From Patescibacteria group bacterium (GTDB lineage: Bacteria > Patescibacteriota > Patescibacteriia > UBA2591 > UBA6264), in assembly GCA_021735685.1 (NCBI GenBank), contig JAIPGN010000001.1, positions 111,669 to 175,668 of the forward strand: DNA of 64,000 nt, in the 5' to 3' direction. This document shows positions 60,507 to 64,000 of the stretch, in pieces (the first letter of the stretch is position 1; each line of letters begins with the position of its first letter). The position numbers and the translations under genes were made by a program. A model generated the notes under the pieces. It was not told where the DNA came from, ran no database searches, and saw nothing but the letters and a program-made list of their open reading frames with translations.

Positions 60507-61390
60507 AAAAGAATCTAAATTTTAAAATTATAAATTCTTGGATTAGAATTTGCGGATTATTGCTTTTGGTATTTTTAATTATTGCCGGCTATTTTTATTT
60601 TTTTCTAACACCTCTGGAATCAGAGTTAAGAGTAATTTTTTTGGATATTGGTCAAGGAGATGCCATTTTAATTCAGACTAAAACAAAAAATATTTTAATT
60701 GACGGTGGGCCGGATCGAGAAATTATTTACAAGCTGGATCAATACATAGCTGCTCATCAAAGAAAAATAGATTTAATGATTCTTACTCATCCTGACGGAG
60801 ATCATTTGAATGGCTTGGTTGAGGTCTTGCGGCGTTGGCCAGTTGATAATTTTTTGGAAACAGGAATAAAGGGCTCCTCGCCTGCCTATCTTGATTTACA
60901 ACGATTGATCTCTGAACGAGATTTGCCAGTTTATTATTCTGTTAATTTAAAGAAAATAGTTTTGAGCCCAGACCTAGAAATGGAAATTCTTTGGCCCTTG
61001 AATTCGGGAAATAACTTGATTAAAGAAGACCCCAATTCTCTTTCTTTGGTTCTAAAATTAAGCCACCAAGATAACACTTTTCTTTTGACCGGAGATGCTG
61101 ATCATGAAGTCGAAGAAAAAATATTAGACATTTATCCTTGCCTAGAATCTTTAGTTCTTAAAGTAGGGCATCATGGCTCTAAATACTCTTCTGGTTTAAG
61201 TTTTTTGCAAAAAGTTAAGCCAACTTATGCCGTTATTTCCGTTGGGCAAGACAATAACTTTGGTCATCCTAGTTTAAGAGTTTTAGATAATTTGCAACAA
61301 GTTTCCGCTCAGGTCTTGCGTACAGATCAAAAAGGTGATATAATATTTGAAAGCAATGGACAAAATTTGAATTTAAAGACAGCAAGGTAG
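60503..61390 (+). CDS. ComEC-type metallo-beta-lactamase domain protein (separate gene)
   Basis: FLDIGQGDA, LIDGG, THPDGDH, LTGD, KVGHHGS, N.FGHP. Confidence 0.9.
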   Translation: MKKNLNFKIINSWIRICGLLLLVFLIIAGYFYFFLTPLESELRVIFLDIGQGDAILIQTKTKNILIDGGPDREIIYKLDQYIAAHQRKIDLMILTHPDGDHLNGLVEVLRRWPVDNFLETGIKGSSPAYLDLQRLISERDLPVYYSVNLKKIVLSPDLEMEILWPLNSGNNLIKEDPNSLSLVLKLSHQDNTFLLTGDADHEVEEKILDIYPCLESLVLKVGHHGSKYSSGLSFLQKVKPTYAVISVGQDNNFGHPSLRVLDNLQQVSAQVLRTDQKGDIIFESNGQNLNLKTAR

Positions 61391-61454
61391 AGATAGATTT
61401 TATTTTAAATTTACCTTAAATTTTTGAGGGTATTTTATTTTTAATTATTTTCTT

Positions 61455-61919
61455 ATGGAGAAAACGTTGATTTTGCTAAAACCAGATTCTTTGCAGAGAA
61501 ATTTATTGGGACAAATTATGTCTCGTTTCGAAAATAAGGGACTCAAGATTGTTGGTCTCAAGATGATGAAATTGAGTGATAGTTTGCTTTCTGAGCATTA
61601 TGCTCACCACCAAGATAAACCTTTTTTTAAAGATTTGGTTAATTTTATGGGCAGTGCCCCGGTAATTGCTATGGTTTTAGAGGGAGTTGAAGCAATTAGC
61701 ACGGTTCGCATTCTTTGTGGTCCTACTTCCGGAAGAAAGGCTGACGTGGGAAGTATCCGAGGAGATTTTTCCATGAGCGGACAACATAATATTATCCATG
61801 CCTCTGATTCTTTAGAAGCTGCTCAACAAGAAATTAAACGTTTTTTCCAAGATGATGAAATTTTTAACTACCAAAAGCTAGATCTTTCCGCTATTTATGC
61901 CCAAGAGGAATTAAGCTAG
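61455..61919 (+). CDS. ndk: Nucleoside diphosphate kinase
   Basis: TL.LLKPD, EHYAHH, GSIRGDF, NIIHASDS. Confidence 0.96.
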   Translation: MEKTLILLKPDSLQRNLLGQIMSRFENKGLKIVGLKMMKLSDSLLSEHYAHHQDKPFFKDLVNFMGSAPVIAMVLEGVEAISTVRILCGPTSGRKADVGSIRGDFSMSGQHNIIHASDSLEAAQQEIKRFFQDDEIFNYQKLDLSAIYAQEELS

Positions 61920-61937
61920 AGCGTTTTTGGGATAAAA

Positions 61938-61981
61938 TGTGGAAAAGTAAAGCTTGTCAAAAGATTATAATCAGATATAAT
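61938..61981 (+). promoter_or_regulatory. tuf-rpsJ promoter with an upstream DnaA-box-like site
   Basis: TGTGGAAAA (reverse complement TTTTCCACA) at 61938-61946; TTGTCA-N16-TATAAT at 61954-61981. Confidence 0.6.
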
Positions 61982-62069
61982 AACTTTGGTTTAATATAAA
62001 ATAAATAAAAAAATAAACTAATTTCGTGGCTACCGCTTTAACGGAGCGCGAATTAATGAGGTAAATAAT

Positions 62070-63278
62070 ATGGCAGAAAAAGCGAAATTTGAAAGAGGTA
62101 AGACTCACGTTAATGTAGGAACCATTGGTCATGTTGATCATGGAAAAACTACTTTAACGGCGGCTATTTTAAAATGTCTAAAGGCGTCTGGAAAAACTAT
62201 TGATCGCGAAATGTCAGTTGATCAAATTGACGGAGCGCCCGAAGAAAAAGAAAGAGGAATTACTATTGCCTTGGCGCACGTAGAGTATGAGACTGATAAG
62301 CGTCACTATGCTCACATTGATTGTCCCGGGCATGCCGATTATATTAAAAATATGATCACAGGAGCCGCCCAGATGGACGGATCCATTTTAGTAATTTCCG
62401 CTACTGATGGGCCTATGCCCCAGACTCGAGAGCACATTCTTTTGTCTCGTCAGGTGGGAGTGCCGGCCATTGTTGTTTTCTTGAATAAAACTGATATGGT
62501 TGAAGACAAAGAATTAGTAGAGTTGGTCAAAGAAGAGGTGAAAGACTTGTTAAAGAAATATGAATATCCTGGCGACGAAATTCCAATCATTGAGGGGTCT
62601 GCTTTAAAGGCCTTAGAGTGTGGTTGTGGTAAAACTGATTGTCCTCATTGTGGACCAATTTTAAAATTAATTGAAGCTTTAGATGAATATATCCCAGAAC
62701 CCCAAAGAGACATAGAGCAACCTTTCTTAATGCCGGTAGAAGATATTTTTACTATTGAAGGAAGAGGAACTGTAGTTACTGGAAAGATTGATCGAGGAAA
62801 GGTGAAGTTAAATGATGAAGTAGAAATTGTTGGTTTAAAAGCAACTACTAAAACCGTAGTTACTGGAATTGAAATGTTTAGGAAATCCTTAGATGAAGGT
62901 TTGGCTGGGGACAATGCTGGTATTCTTTTAAGAGGAATTAAAAAGACTGATATAGAAAGAGGACAGGTCTTAGCTGCTCCGGGAACAGTAACTCCTCACA
63001 CGGAATTTGAAGGAAAAGTTTATATCCTTTCTAAGGAAGAAGGCGGAAGACACACCCCTTTCTTTAACGGTTACAAACCACAGTTTTATATTCGAACTAC
63101 TGATGTTACTGGTGAAGCTGATCTTCCCGAGGGAACAGAAATGGCAATGCCAGGCGATACTTTAAGCTTAAAAATTAAATTATCTAAGCCAATTGCCTTG
63201 GAAGAACAACAGAGGTTTGCTATTCGTGAAGGAAGTCGTACTGTCGGAGCAGGAGTAGTTACTAAAATTATTAAATAA
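62070..63278 (+). CDS. tuf: Elongation factor Tu
   Basis: [33 protein letters not shown]. Confidence 0.98.
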   Translation: MAEKAKFERGKTHVNVGTIGHVDHGKTTLTAAILKCLKASGKTIDREMSVDQIDGAPEEKERGITIALAHVEYETDKRHYAHIDCPGHADYIKNMITGAAQMDGSILVISATDGPMPQTREHILLSRQVGVPAIVVFLNKTDMVEDKELVELVKEEVKDLLKKYEYPGDEIPIIEGSALKALECGCGKTDCPHCGPILKLIEALDEYIPEPQRDIEQPFLMPVEDIFTIEGRGTVVTGKIDRGKVKLNDEVEIVGLKATTKTVVTGIEMFRKSLDEGLAGDNAGILLRGIKKTDIERGQVLAAPGTVTPHTEFEGKVYILSKEEGGRHTPFFNGYKPQFYIRTTDVTGEADLPEGTEMAMPGDTLSLKIKLSKPIALEEQQRFAIREGSRTVGAGVVTKIIK

Positions 63279-63360
63279 GAAAAAAAAGAAGAAAGCTGCC
63301 CCAACTTTAAGTTGGGGCTTGCTTAAATTAAGGCTATCATCTTTAGTCAGTTGAAAATTT

Positions 63361-63723
63361 ATGACCACCAAGAATCAAGGCCAAAAGAAAAAATCAGCTC
63401 AGCAAGATAAATCTGCGGATGCTCCTCGCATTCGGATTAAGGTTAGATCTTATGATCATCGAGTTATTGATCAAGCCTTAAAAGAAATTATTTCTGCAGT
63501 TAGTCGTTCTGACGCTAAAATAACCGGACCCATTTTTCTGCCCACTAGCAAGAAAAAATATACTGTTTTGCGGTCTTCTTTTGTTCATAGCCGTTCTCAA
63601 GATCAATTTGAAAAAAGAATCCACAACCGTTTGATTGATATTACTGATTTTAATCCCCAAACTTTAGAAGTTTTAAGGGGATTAAATTTACCGGCTGGAG
63701 TGGATGTGGAAATTAAAATGTAA
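63361..63723 (+). CDS. rpsJ: 30S ribosomal protein S10
   Basis: IRIKVRSYDH, GPIFLPT, QFEKRIHNRLIDI, LPAGVDVEIK. Confidence 0.96.
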   Translation: MTTKNQGQKKKSAQQDKSADAPRIRIKVRSYDHRVIDQALKEIISAVSRSDAKITGPIFLPTSKKKYTVLRSSFVHSRSQDQFEKRIHNRLIDITDFNPQTLEVLRGLNLPAGVDVEIKM

Positions 63724-63936
63724 AAAATAATTAATGGTTTTTCTTTTTTTTTGATAACCACTAAATTTAATAAGTGAAGTGTCCAAGAAAATTAAAAGCC
63801 CCATAGAGAGAAAAAATTCTTTGAACTTAAACTAATCAGACCATAATAAATAAAAAGCCGGATTGATAACCGGTCTTCTCCAAAAGTCTGGTTTTCCGGA
63901 TTTTTTTATTCAAAGCTTTTTTAAATTAAGCCAATC

Positions 63937-64000
63937 ATGAAATTTATTTTAGGAAAAAAAATAGAAATGACGCAGATTTTTCAAGAAGAAAAAGTTGTTC
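63937..64000 (+). CDS. rplC: 50S ribosomal protein L3, 5' end (partial)
   Basis: MKFILGKKIEMTQIFQEEKVV directly after rpsJ. Confidence 0.85.
   Translation, partial: MKFILGKKIEMTQIFQEEKVV

Overview
AT-rich bacterial chromosome segment using genetic code 11 (tRNA-Trp(CCA) and prfB are present). Gene content and style fit a Patescibacteria/CPR (Parcubacteria-like) anaerobe; this is an inference. Most of the window is housekeeping genes on the + strand: rbfA, glyQS, two mreB, holB, frr, rseP, proS, mgtE, dnaA, pilB, a 2-oxoacid:ferredoxin oxidoreductase, pyrG, iscS-iscU-mnmA, dnaJ, metG, nrdDG, htrA, prfB, glmS, split comEC, ndk and tuf-rpsJ-rplC. Minus-strand blocks are rpmF-nusB-rnc-smc, tsaE-valS and tsaD. 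There is a 23S-5S rRNA unit with no linked 16S and four tRNAs. Points worth a second look: (i) an intact Y1/RAYT-type HUH transposase bracketed by inverted GGGGAC(A/T)GTCCCC palindromes, whose 100-bp right end recurs alone 25 kb away (77% identity, ungapped); (ii) other hairpin repeat families, one cluster marking the edge of an accessory block (methyltransferase, radical SAM, NUDIX, PIF1) next to EndoQ; (iii) an ATP-cone/PD-(D/E)xK nuclease in the slot after dnaA usually held by dnaN; (iv) an apparently hinge-less 735-aa SMC; (v) DnaA boxes beside the rRNA and tuf promoters, and attenuator-like structures in the 23S leader and between rpsJ and rplC. All calls come from reading motifs by eye; no database search or folding computation was run.
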